From positions 2,304,001 to 2,368,000 of the forward strand of contig CBDDIJ010000002.1 in assembly GCA_965228855.1 (NCBI GenBank): a stretch of 64,000 nucleotides of DNA, given 5' to 3'. The notes under the pieces are model-generated. The model was not told the DNA's origin. It made no database searches and was given only the letters and a program-made list of their open reading frames with translations. Source of the stretch: Candidatus Obscuribacterales bacterium. Its GTDB lineage: Bacteria; Cyanobacteriota; Vampirovibrionia; Obscuribacterales; Obscuribacteraceae. Made by a program: the position numbers and the translations under genes. Positions 39,026 to 47,916 of the stretch are shown here, piece by piece; position 1 is the stretch's first letter; each line of letters begins with the position of its first letter.

Positions 39026-40630
39026 ATGTATCGTCCAAAGCAATCGCCCATTCGCTTGCCCAGGTTGGAAACCCTCCCCGGGTTAGACGATGTTATGAAC
39101 GCGATGGAAAATGCGCGTGCCCGAATGGGCATGCCCGTCGAGTTGTCCTGGGTGATGGGAGATGGTGTGACCGTCTATCGCCTGGTTGCCACTTGCTCTC
39201 AACAGACCGGAGATTTGACGTGGGATTTGCTGGTTGGTGAAGGTCGGAATGAGGTCCAAGCCTGGACTTATACCACCGGTGACGTGGCTCTTGTTCTCAA
39301 TCTGGTTCTATCCGAGTCGACAGAAAATATTACCGAAGGCACCATGGATCAGGCCGGGTTACTCGGTGAAAACCACGACAGAAACACGGGTTTGTCCAGC
39401 AGTTACAGCACATCGCTAATGGGACTGCAGTCTCTCACATCGACCTCCTCGAAACTTCCTGTTTTTCAAGCGTCGCGTGCACTGCGCCCGGCCAGCATGG
39501 AAGGAACGCTCGAGGACATGCCGATTCCGAACCTATTGCAATCGATTGCGATGGGAAAAAACACAGGCAAGCTCACAGTGACAAACGAAGAGACCGGCGC
39601 AGAGCTATTCTTCGTAGATGGTGAATTGACGCACGCACAGGTTTTAAACTTGAAGGGCGACCTGGCGATCATGGAGTTGGTCACGTGGGACACAGGCCGT
39701 TTCTTCTTCTATCGAGACGAACGCTCTGAGCAAAAAACTGTTCAGCGGCGGGTTGACGCTATCCTTATGGAAAGTGTCACACTGCTTGACCAGAGCAAAT
39801 TCTTGCTCGATAGCGGTCTGAAAATGGACAGCTATATCGACAAGAGAGATGCCGCTCTCACCGAGGCGCAATTCGAGGAGGCGGTGAAGCGCGGGGCGCC
39901 ATGCGATATTGCTGCGCAAAAGCAATTCTATCTGCGCCTCGATGGCAACAGTACGCTGTTCGATATTTTGCGCGAGCGACCCATGGTTAAGAAAGACTGG
40001 GTTCCAGTGCTGTTTAACATGATTCGCTGTGAGTTAATTACTTTATCCGACAAGCCGCGCATTCGCGATAAGGCTAGCTTGTTGCAATCAACCGCTCTCG
40101 ACCGTAACGCGATCGATGCGGTGGCGCGTTCGATGAAGCGCTCCGACACTGGGATTGTTTCTTATCCTGCTTTTCAGTACTTTCTTGAGCAAGAATTTTT
40201 CCGTTTTCAATTTAACAGCACGCCTTTCTCAGTGATTGTTTTTGAAGTCTGGATGTGGGGACAGGACAAGCTCGAAGCTCTACCGATCCCGGCTGTTGCG
40301 GAGGTGGCGCGTCGCATTGGAAGCGTGAAACGCAATATCGATTTGCTCGCCCACTTCGAAGCATTGCACTACGCGATGCTTCTGCCGAATACGGAAACCG
40401 CATCAGCTGCCATTCTCGCGCACCGCTGCCTTGAAGTTCTTACTGCCACCAGTTTGACTTCTGAGACCGCAACTCGACGGCTTGCCCTGGCATTCGGAAT
40501 TGCTGGAATTCCGGAAGACTGTCGTGATGTCGGTTTGCTGCTGTCCGCCGCCAAGGTAGCAAAAAATCTGGCGCAGCAATCCGATTTTCCGATCATTATG
40601 TTTAAAGACCTGCAGGCTCCTCCGCAATAG
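39026..40630 (+). CDS. DUF4388 (PATAN-like) + degenerate GGDEF domain protein
   Basis: MEGTLEDMPIPNLLQSIAMGKNTGKL...GELTHA...TWDTGRF (DUF4388); DTGIVS...DLLAHFEALHYAMLLPNT (GGDEF fold without the motif). Confidence 0.8.
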   Translation: MYRPKQSPIRLPRLETLPGLDDVMNAMENARARMGMPVELSWVMGDGVTVYRLVATCSQQTGDLTWDLLVGEGRNEVQAWTYTTGDVALVLNLVLSESTENITEGTMDQAGLLGENHDRNTGLSSSYSTSLMGLQSLTSTSSKLPVFQASRALRPASMEGTLEDMPIPNLLQSIAMGKNTGKLTVTNEETGAELFFVDGELTHAQVLNLKGDLAIMELVTWDTGRFFFYRDERSEQKTVQRRVDAILMESVTLLDQSKFLLDSGLKMDSYIDKRDAALTEAQFEEAVKRGAPCDIAAQKQFYLRLDGNSTLFDILRERPMVKKDWVPVLFNMIRCELITLSDKPRIRDKASLLQSTALDRNAIDAVARSMKRSDTGIVSYPAFQYFLEQEFFRFQFNSTPFSVIVFEVWMWGQDKLEALPIPAVAEVARRIGSVKRNIDLLAHFEALHYAMLLPNTETASAAILAHRCLEVLTATSLTSETATRRLALAFGIAGIPEDCRDVGLLLSAAKVAKNLAQQSDFPIIMFKDLQAPPQ

Positions 40631-40723
40631 CGAAAGAGCCTGAAGGATACCGTAAATCTGGTGTTCTATTTAAGTGGGTTTCTACAGCTTGAGCGTTGCG
40701 CTGCAATCGTTTATCAATTGCAA

Positions 40724-41395
40724 CTAGGCGGTGCGCAAGTCTGTAACCTCACGCATCAAGCGTAGAAGTGTCTTCTGAGCTCGATCCGCTACATACGGAT
40801 TTTCATCCTCGATCAGAACTTTTAAAACGGCGATCGGAACCGTGTAGCTCTCAGCCAGCCGGAGCCTCACATCTGGACTGTTATCTCTTGCGAGTTTCCA
40901 GACTGTTTTCATAGACGTATTTATGTTTTCCGCCACAGCTGCACGAACCTGAGCCTCCTCATGGTTGGCCAGTCGAGTCAGTGTGACAGAGTGTGCCCGC
41001 GGATGCTCCGCAACGCGCTCAAGGAGCTGCGGCGGCGCATTATGAGCGAGATGGTCGAGAACCGGCGGCGGAGTATTGGGATTGATAGCGAGTAGCCAGC
41101 GAATTCTCGCGGCTTCTAACGCTGCATTTTCCTTTTCTGCCGAACGGTCCTTCTTCGGCTTGGTAGCGACCACCTGATCTGTGGTCTCACCAGAATCCTT
41201 ATTGCACAACAACACCTTCAGTGCCTCCCTGATGTGTTCTTCCTTCTCCCAATGGAACGCATAGGCAAACGACAAATCGTATTGCTCAAGTTCGAATGAG
41301 TGCGTCGTTTCGCCCTTCGGCGCAGCACTATTTGCGAACCTTCTCGTGCCCATAGTCGTAGTTGAGTTCGACGGATAGATTGTAGTTGCCCCCAA
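40724..41395 (-). CDS. LRV/HEAT-like repeat protein
   Basis: Repeats LAINPNTPPPVLDHLA, VAEHPRA, VRAAVAENINT and VRLRLAE. Start uncertain. Confidence 0.75.
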   Translation of the reverse strand: MGATTIYPSNSTTTMGTRRFANSAAPKGETTHSFELEQYDLSFAYAFHWEKEEHIREALKVLLCNKDSGETTDQVVATKPKKDRSAEKENAALEAARIRWLLAINPNTPPPVLDHLAHNAPPQLLERVAEHPRAHSVTLTRLANHEEAQVRAAVAENINTSMKTVWKLARDNSPDVRLRLAESYTVPIAVLKVLIEDENPYVADRAQKTLLRLMREVTDLRTA

Positions 41396-41570
41396 AATCA
41401 GACACGAATGCCTGATGTATATGCCCTACAACCATTATGCCTGCAGGGTTTTACAACTGTGTCTTGGTTTGGCTATAAATCCCTATAGGGAAGGCTACAA
41501 ATTTCCCGATACTTGCATCAGGGTATCGTCCGGGTTAACGCTTCAGAGTCAAAGGTTTTGCAGTCGCTCG

Positions 41571-42128
41571 TTACTTGTTTCCTGCGCCTGCGGTGAACTT
41601 GCCATAATAGTTTTGATGGTACTGCTCGGCTGCATAGAAGACTTTAGCCGGCTCCAGCAAACTCTTAGCGGCTTCCTGACTATAGCCAAGCGATGATAAA
41701 ACGTCTGCGGCTTCGCGCTTTTGCTGCTCGTCCTGATAAAAGATTGCCGCTCGATACTGACTGGTCGACTCTGTGGAATACCGCTGCGGTTTAAATTCTG
41801 TGAGGTAATGGCGAATCAGGTTTTTAAACGTCAACTCTTTGGGATCGAAAAGAACCTGCACAGCTTCTGCGTGACCGGTTTTTCCGCCGCAGACATCTTT
41901 ATATGTAGGGTTCTTAGTGGTACCGCCCGTGTAACCAGATGTCGCGTGTTTGACACCTTTAATTCGTTGAAGCTCCGCCTCAACACCCCAGAATCATCCA
42001 GCGGCGAGAACGGCTTTATGCAAGTTGCCTTGCTCCGGTAATTTCGCGATAGTGGTGTCTTTGAAGAGCATTATGCAAACCAGGTATCCAGCAATCAGAA
42101 GCAGTATCAAATTCAGTGGTCCGTTCAT
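41571..42128 (-). CDS. msrA: MsrA with in-frame TGA at the catalytic position: candidate selenocysteine MsrA, N-terminal TM anchor
   Basis: Track ORFs 41994..42185 and 41571..41861 are in one frame. Readthrough gives AVLAAG*FWGVE...GYTGG..KNPTYKDVCGGKTGHAE...QYRAAIFY...AEQYHQNYY (185 aa; TGA at 41996-41994 is codon 45). GGAG RBS. Confidence 0.8.
41962..41996 (-). other. Putative bacterial SECIS element
   Basis: mRNA reads UGAUUCUGGGGU-GUUGAGGC-GGA-GCUUCAAC-GAAU: 8-bp stem, G-first apical loop 17 nt after UGA, plus a possible lower AUUC/GAAU stem. Confidence 0.65.
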
Positions 42129-42144
42129 AGTCGTCGCTCCGGCC

Positions 42145-42690
42145 CTATCCTTCCAGTATAAGCATTGGGAGATTTCGTGCCACACGTTTGAATATCTGAT
42201 AGTCTCTCAGCGCGCGGGAAACAATGAGTGAACCTTCGATGGCGATGAGTGCATTTTCTGCTCTCTCCCTTGCCAGTTTTTTATTTAAACCATTCTCGAC
42301 GGCCACACCTGCGATCGCTTCGATCCAGGCTTCGAGGCTTTGCTGAACGAGCTCTTGAAACGGAGCGCTTGCAGCTCCTAGCGTCAAACCCTCAACAATG
42401 CATCCTTTCCGTCCACCGTCATAGAACTCTTCGATGGTTTTTGCCATGGTCGCGAGCTTCAGCTCCGGTTTGCCCTCCGCTTTGAGCGGTGCGATGAAGT
42501 GTTCTCTAACTGCTGAATCGATGTGTCCAAGCACTTCGCGGGCCATTTCTTCCTTTCCGCCGGGAAAGTGGTGGTAAAGACTGGACTTGCCTAGACCAGT
42601 AGCCTTCGAGACCTCGCCTATGGAAACGCCCTCATAGCCTTGTTGGCGAAACAGCTCCAATAGTTCATTAATCAGTGCGGTCTTGTCCAT
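42145..42690 (-). CDS. TetR/AcrR-family regulator (LmrA/YxaF/NemR-like)
   Basis: LFRQQGYEGVSIGEVSKATGLGKSSLYHHFPGGKEE HTH; KGCIV motif; IEGSLIVSR. Confidence 0.93.
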   Translation of the reverse strand: MDKTALINELLELFRQQGYEGVSIGEVSKATGLGKSSLYHHFPGGKEEMAREVLGHIDSAVREHFIAPLKAEGKPELKLATMAKTIEEFYDGGRKGCIVEGLTLGAASAPFQELVQQSLEAWIEAIAGVAVENGLNKKLARERAENALIAIEGSLIVSRALRDYQIFKRVARNLPMLILEG

Positions 42691-42712
42691 GATTCAGCTC
42701 CTTGCGAACGGA

Positions 42713-42741
42713 AGCGTACCGAACATTCGGTCGCACGTCAA
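42713..42741 (-). promoter_or_regulatory. sigma70-like promoter of tetR with embedded operator
   Basis: TTGACG-17bp-TACGCT. Plus-strand GTACCGAACATTCGGTCG (42716-42733) matches 15/18 of the palindrome core at 44340-44357. Confidence 0.7.
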
Positions 42742-42840
42742 CGGCGGAGGTGTTTTGGGCAAAAGCACCAGATGCGATGCTATCTGCATCGCCTGGTGTG
42801 GTGTCACCTGTGTAATCGGCTGGACTTCGTCGGTAGCTTA

Positions 42841-43764
42841 TTACTTCGGGTTGAACGGAGAGGCGTCGATGAATTCGAGTTCGAAAGCAGGTATGGTAGC
42901 TCTTTGCCAATGTTCTATATCCAGCGTCCAGAAACGATTGGTACCACCAGTTTCACCGTTTGGATCTTCCTGATCAAGAAGAACCGCAGCTCGTCCGGAT
43001 ATCTGAAGGCTTTGACGGGCGGCAAAGTCTAGAATGATGACACCGGCTCTATCGTTCAGCTGCAGATTGCCGAACGAATTGAACATGCTATTGCCTGCGA
43101 AGTCCGGCACACGAAGCTGCTTTCCGTCGACCACGCGAACAAACCCTTGCTTGCCTCCTCGATGGGAAATATCAAGGTTGCCTTCCGGATTCGAGGTTGC
43201 GGCAAACATCGTATCGCTATTTTGGATAAGCGCAATTTCTTCGGCTTGGAGCGTGGTTCCTCGAGCTAGAGATGTGGTTAATATCGCGTTTTTGTCATCC
43301 GGCAGTCTAACCTTTCGACGCTGAATATATTTCGGGCAGAGTGGAAAGGATTCCTCGACCGCGATGAGCAGCTGTTCTTCAGTATGTGTGGAAACTCGCC
43401 CGTTGATCTTCAACCGTCTTCTCGTGTCCAGTTCGATCAGTAGAGTTCCAACGCGCGGGTCGTCGCTGATGTTTGTCAGCAATGGATCACCTTCTATGCC
43501 AATCGACTGCGTCAAATCAATATTTAATTCCCTGGTGCTCGGTGCGTGCATGAAACCAGGCTTTCCGAAGAGCATAGACGCCCAGAGATCGCCAGTGGAA
43601 TCTTCAGAAGCGACCACGACCAGCGGTTGGCGATCAATGAAATTCAAGGCGCCACCAAGAATTTCACTCTTAACCGCGACAGAGTTCATCATCGCGATAT
43701 CTCGCTCGCCCGTTCGCTCTTGTATGTCGAGCTCGCCTTCATGAAATGGCCCATCAGAAAACAT
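42841..43764 (-). CDS. Pyridoxamine 5'-phosphate oxidase-like FMN-binding protein (tandem domains)
   Basis: PFHEGE...WASMLFGKPGF...RRRLKING...CPKYIQRR...DISHRGGKQGFV...PDFAGNSMFNSFGNL. Confidence 0.9.
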   Translation of the reverse strand: MFSDGPFHEGELDIQERTGERDIAMMNSVAVKSEILGGALNFIDRQPLVVVASEDSTGDLWASMLFGKPGFMHAPSTRELNIDLTQSIGIEGDPLLTNISDDPRVGTLLIELDTRRRLKINGRVSTHTEEQLLIAVEESFPLCPKYIQRRKVRLPDDKNAILTTSLARGTTLQAEEIALIQNSDTMFAATSNPEGNLDISHRGGKQGFVRVVDGKQLRVPDFAGNSMFNSFGNLQLNDRAGVIILDFAARQSLQISGRAAVLLDQEDPNGETGGTNRFWTLDIEHWQRATIPAFELEFIDASPFNPK

Positions 43765-43849
43765 ACGCTACTCCTTTCTGGCTCAAGGTGCCGGTTTCTA
43801 TCATCGAATCCGTCACCTTGAGCGCAGCACCATGGCCGGTGACTCTGAA

Positions 43850-44230
43850 TTAGAAGTTCACAATCGTGTATCCATCGCTGATCAATTTACGCAAACTGGT
43901 GACACCTGAAGTTCCTGGAACTGTGTTGTCTTTGATTAATGCGTAACCTTCTTTTTCCGCGTCTTCCGAGGCTCCGAACACGTCGGCGCAACCGCAAGAG
44001 ACGCCGGCGACTTTGTCTCGAACCGCTTCGTAAAGTTCGTGTGCCGGGTGATCCGGTTTTCCAAGTTGTCCGACCCAGCGAGTGCCGGCGCCTTGAAACA
44101 TAAGCGTGACGTCGTCGCCGTTTTTCTTAAAGTCGTAAGTGGCAGCGAGTGCGTTGAACAAGCGACCGAGCGCTTCTTCATTGCCGTTTTTCGGATCTGA
44201 GTAAACGAGAATTGCAGTCTTCATTGGCAT
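43850..44230 (-). CDS. DsrE-family protein
   Basis: RLFNAL...DVTLMFQGAGTRW...GVSCGCADVFG; AAGGAG RBS. Confidence 0.8.
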   Translation of the reverse strand: MPMKTAILVYSDPKNGNEEALGRLFNALAATYDFKKNGDDVTLMFQGAGTRWVGQLGKPDHPAHELYEAVRDKVAGVSCGCADVFGASEDAEKEGYALIKDNTVPGTSGVTSLRKLISDGYTIVNF

Positions 44231-44336
44231 AGCTCCTTGTTGTTTATGTAAAACCGTGGTTGCTGTTCGTTTGACTTGGCTCGATTCGATTCTTCAAATT
44301 CCGTTCGTTTGCGTCCGGCGAGCCGTTCATGTAGTT

Positions 44337-44365
44337 ACTGTACCGAACGTTCGGTACAATGTCGA
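44337..44365 (-). promoter_or_regulatory. Promoter of the dsrE-like operon with perfect 20-bp palindromic operator
   Basis: TGTACCGAACGTTCGGTACA (44339-44358) lies within TCGACA-17bp-TACAGT. Confidence 0.75.
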
Positions 44366-45100
44366 CCCCCCAACCTTCCTGTTCGGACAATGGCAAGTCA
44401 GCCCGCTCATATCTGGAAATCAACTCATATATAGAGTGCGAGGCCAGCTTATTCTTACTGCGGCATGGTGGGACTTTCGTAGCAATACCGCTACCCGAAT
44501 GGACTCCTGGCTCATTCCAGATGCGGTATGAAACCTGAATGTCGGCAATTCCGCCAGGCGAATAGACTATCCGTTTGGCAATGGGTCGAAATGCATTCGA
44601 TGGATTTTCGCCGAACCTATAGGCGCGCCGCGCCGAAGTGAAGGCACTAAGAGTGGTGTCGTGCAAGTTTTCTGAAGCTTCCAAAGCGCTCGTTTAGTGA
44701 CCGATATGCGCTTTTGCAAGTGAAAGGAAGGTCTGGAAACCGTTTCCTGCTTGCAACTTGTATAACTTATAAGTTTCCGCCCATAAGAATATAGGAAAAC
44801 GATTACTCCGCTTGCTGAGTGTTTTCGTATTATGGAGAGGTAAGACACAAACGGCATCCGCCGCACAGTGAAGGTCCAAGGGTCGGACGCGCACGAGGTA
44901 CAGATTTAGCACATTGCGGAATATCGGCAAACTGATGCACATTTATAACTAAATGATGTGTGCTTGCTGAAACCCCCCGTGTTCGACCCTCTTACACTCT
45001 TACAAAGATTTCTTACAGCGATTCTGCCATACTCACGAATGGAATTCGGCTCTAAAGCCGGGTTCTATTCGTTTTTAGAGGAATTTTCCAAGAGCGACCT

Positions 45101-45114
45101 CAGGGTTTTTCCTA
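45101..45114 (+). promoter_or_regulatory. CAGGGTTTTTCCTA, variant of the VIT-upstream motif, before cpaB
   Basis: 12/14 match to CAGGGTTTTCCCTG, about 75 bp upstream of ATG 45189. Confidence 0.35.
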
Positions 45115-45188
45115 TTACCGGACCGGCGAATCTCCGCGAAGAATGGAAGTGGTTAGTCTTTCTCCGTTCATCTCGGGGAGGTTCTTTC

Positions 45189-46151
45189 ATGAACTCTGTT
45201 AGGTCACTAATGATACTCATCTCGCGTATCCCGCCAGCTATGCTGGTTGCCATCATCGTTGGAGTCGCTGGTGTAACTGCCATGCTTGTCTCCGGAGAGA
45301 TGGAAAGAAACCGGGTTGAGTTCGAAAAATCAAAAGCCAATCTCGAGGCGCAAAGAAACGCGATGGGAACCGTAGTGGTTGCATCACGAGATATCCCTGA
45401 AGGAAAGCCGATTGCCAGCGACTTTCTGGAAGAAAAGAAAATTCCGGCCGGCAAAATTCCGACTGATGCAATTACATCATCGGCGATGGCGGCAGGTCGG
45501 CTCTCCAAATACGGTATCAGTCAGGGGCAAGTCGTGTCTCAGCACGATCTAATGCCCATCGGCATTTCCCTCGACTTTGAATCTAAATTGAAACCAGGTA
45601 TGCGTGCCTTGACGTTTGCTGTTGATACCAATTCCGGTGTCGCCGGTTTTATCAAACCGGAAAGTAGAGTGGACATCATGAGCATGGTCGGAAGTGGCGC
45701 TGAGACTAAAGTTGCTCCGATTCTGTCTGACGTCGAAGTAATCGCTGTCGGTCAGATGTACCAGAGAGAACCGGGTGCGTCGCAGGCTATTCCAGCGAAC
45801 TCCGTAACGGTTGCGATCAATCCGGAAGACGCTCAGAAACTAGTTAAAGGCGTTGCTGCAAGTAAATTATATTTGTCGTTGCGCAGCCAAAACGATCACG
45901 CTCCACTGCTTACTGTTGACGTGACTACACTGTTCCCAAAGAAAATCGCTGATGGCGGCGAAGAGATCGCGCAAACCGCGATGATTCCTCCGCCCCCAAC
46001 ATCAGCGATTCCACAAGGCGATTTGCCCGAGCAAAACTTCGGTGCTGGAAATCCGATGGAAATTCCGCAGCCGCCCCCGCCTCCTAATCACGAAATCGAG
46101 ATGTGGAACGGCGGAAGTAAGCAGCTCATCGAAGTTCCAAATCATCGGTAA
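45189..46151 (+). CDS. cpaB: Flp pilus assembly protein CpaB/RcpC
   Basis: TM; SAF domain (VVVASRDIPEG); RcpC domain (PGMRALT...GVAGFIKPESRVDI...LSDVEVIAVG...LSLR). ATG 45189 follows a GGAGG RBS. Confidence 0.9.
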   Translation: MNSVRSLMILISRIPPAMLVAIIVGVAGVTAMLVSGEMERNRVEFEKSKANLEAQRNAMGTVVVASRDIPEGKPIASDFLEEKKIPAGKIPTDAITSSAMAAGRLSKYGISQGQVVSQHDLMPIGISLDFESKLKPGMRALTFAVDTNSGVAGFIKPESRVDIMSMVGSGAETKVAPILSDVEVIAVGQMYQREPGASQAIPANSVTVAINPEDAQKLVKGVAASKLYLSLRSQNDHAPLLTVDVTTLFPKKIADGGEEIAQTAMIPPPPTSAIPQGDLPEQNFGAGNPMEIPQPPPPPNHEIEMWNGGSKQLIEVPNHR

Positions 46152-46239
46152 GGTGGCGGCGCTTCACTCACGCCGATAAAACCGAGTCGACTCACGCTGG
46201 AGAATTCACTTAGACCATCCGGCAACAACACATTTGATG

Positions 46240-46273
46240 CGGCTCCTCGCTACACGAGGAGCCGTTTCATTTT
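46240..46273 (+). terminator. Intrinsic terminator after cpaB
   Basis: CGGCTCCTCG-ctaca-CGAGGAGCCG 10-bp stem followed by TTTCATTTT. Confidence 0.75.
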
Positions 46274-46570
46274 CACAAGCAAAGATCGAGCGCGGACGCC
46301 GACAATTTGTCTATGTTTTGAGCGATGAGCGAGTATAGAGGCTGCCTCTCATGCTCTCCCTCCATTCAGCCCCAGAGAAATTACTGAGTGGCAGCTTCTC
46401 GATACTAGGCTCGGCTCCACCGGATGTCAAGTTGTCGATTTCTAAGCATGACGGTCAAAAATAGACCAGATAAGTGTTTTCTCAGTGCGGGAATCACCAT
46501 GGACAGGTCAGTAGCGGCTTTCTAAACTGAACTTACATTCGATTGCAGTTCGCTCGGTTAAAAACGTCTG

Positions 46571-47188
46571 ATGAGAAAATTTGTTCCAGCTCTATTCGCA
46601 ACTCTCTGTCTGGCATTGGCAGTATCTCCGGCGTATGCACAGGACGGCAGCTATCAAAATTACCTTGTGCCGGTTCCGACCGCCGAGGATTTAAATTGCG
46701 CTGCGCAGCCGGCTAACCAGTACTACAATCCTGCTCAGCAGCAACCTCAGTTTAATCAGATGGTATCGCCGGCGCAGGTTCCATGGGGAAATCCCGGGCA
46801 AGCATTTGATCAGAGTGGAATGCAGCAGCAGTTTGTAAACCAAACGCAAGTTCCGCAGGGCATGACGCCATACCAGCAGCAAGAAGCTGCCCTTGAACAG
46901 GCGCAGATGGCTCAGCAAATGGACGACCGAAAGCAAGCGGACGAGACTTTCCGTATGTCTAGCCAGTTTAATGAAAAGAAAAAGGATTCGAACTGGGACC
47001 ACAACAAACCCAACAAAGGTAAGTCTGTCGCGAGTGGACTCGGTCGGCTGGTGAAGGGTAGCATGCGCTACGCCGTTCCAGCAGCTGGAACAGTCGGCTC
47101 TGTTTATCTGCTTAGAGCTGCTTTCGGTGGCAATGGCATGATGATGATGCCGATGGGCGGTGGCATGATGGTAGTGCCCGGTCGCTAA
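46571..47188 (+). CDS. Secreted Gln-rich hypothetical protein
   Basis: Signal peptide ending AYA; Q/P-rich body; Met/Gly-rich tail. Confidence 0.7.
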   Translation: MRKFVPALFATLCLALAVSPAYAQDGSYQNYLVPVPTAEDLNCAAQPANQYYNPAQQQPQFNQMVSPAQVPWGNPGQAFDQSGMQQQFVNQTQVPQGMTPYQQQEAALEQAQMAQQMDDRKQADETFRMSSQFNEKKKDSNWDHNKPNKGKSVASGLGRLVKGSMRYAVPAAGTVGSVYLLRAAFGGNGMMMMPMGGGMMVVPGR

Positions 47189-47230
47189 GCGACTAGCAAG
47201 TTTTAAAGCAAAAGTTCTGACGCAACATCG

Positions 47231-47761
47231 CTATTCTGCGATGGTATCACCAATGATGCTCTTCAGAATTCGTTCCATCTCGCGTTCGTTTCTTCTACTC
47301 ATCGCAGAGCAGAGACAGAGGAAACCCGATGCGCCTGCGAGGAAAGCAAGAGCCAGAGTGACGAGTTCCAGTCGATAATCGGACACGCCACTATAGATGA
47401 TGGCTGTAATCCCTGTGAGTAGAACAACACTCATTAACGCAAACCAGATGCCGAAGATAACTTTGACGGCTGGTTTGATTGAGAACGTGTAATAAACTAC
47501 GGTTCCAAACCTTTCCTCATTAACGACGCCGAATAGAGAGCGGGCGAAAGGGTTGGTCAGAGAATGTTTTGGAGCTATCACAAATCGTTTGCCGGCGACG
47601 GAGATCGCGAACTTTGCTCCTGCTTCGCTCGAATGCAGGGCTGCTAACGAATCCAAGATTTCTTGCTGTGGCCTGTGGCAAGAGACCAATGTTGTCTCCG
47701 ACTCAGCCGATTCAGGCGGCGCTATTTCTTGAGTATTCGCGGTCATCTTGTCCCCTGGCAA
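47231..47761 (-). CDS. Hypothetical membrane protein (2 TM)
   Basis: NPFARSLFG...VIFGIWF pattern followed by two TM segments. Confidence 0.6.
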   Translation of the reverse strand: MPGDKMTANTQEIAPPESAESETTLVSCHRPQQEILDSLAALHSSEAGAKFAISVAGKRFVIAPKHSLTNPFARSLFGVVNEERFGTVVYYTFSIKPAVKVIFGIWFALMSVVLLTGITAIIYSGVSDYRLELVTLALAFLAGASGFLCLCSAMSRRNEREMERILKSIIGDTIAE

Positions 47762-47916
47762 TCCCGAAACGCGGCTCGGTGCCTGCCGAATTCGAGAGAA
47801 TTGTACAGTATTGTTTTGATATTCCGCTCAAAGTTGTCCTGTCAAGTGTATCGTTAGTTTGCATTCTATTTAAGATAAACTGTTTGAAGATAGTTCGGGG
47901 GACGCTTAAAAGAGAT

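Noticed and set aside
41994..41996. TGA as evidence of an alternative genetic code (UGA=Trp/Gly)
   Set aside because: Other genes here end properly at TGA (e.g. der at 8257 and 1054..2508), and the aligned residue is Cys, not Trp or Gly.
44285..44305. CTTCAAA resembling a tRNA-Sec anticodon loop
   Set aside because: Flanks do not pair into an anticodon stem and there is no T-arm. I saw no selC in this window.
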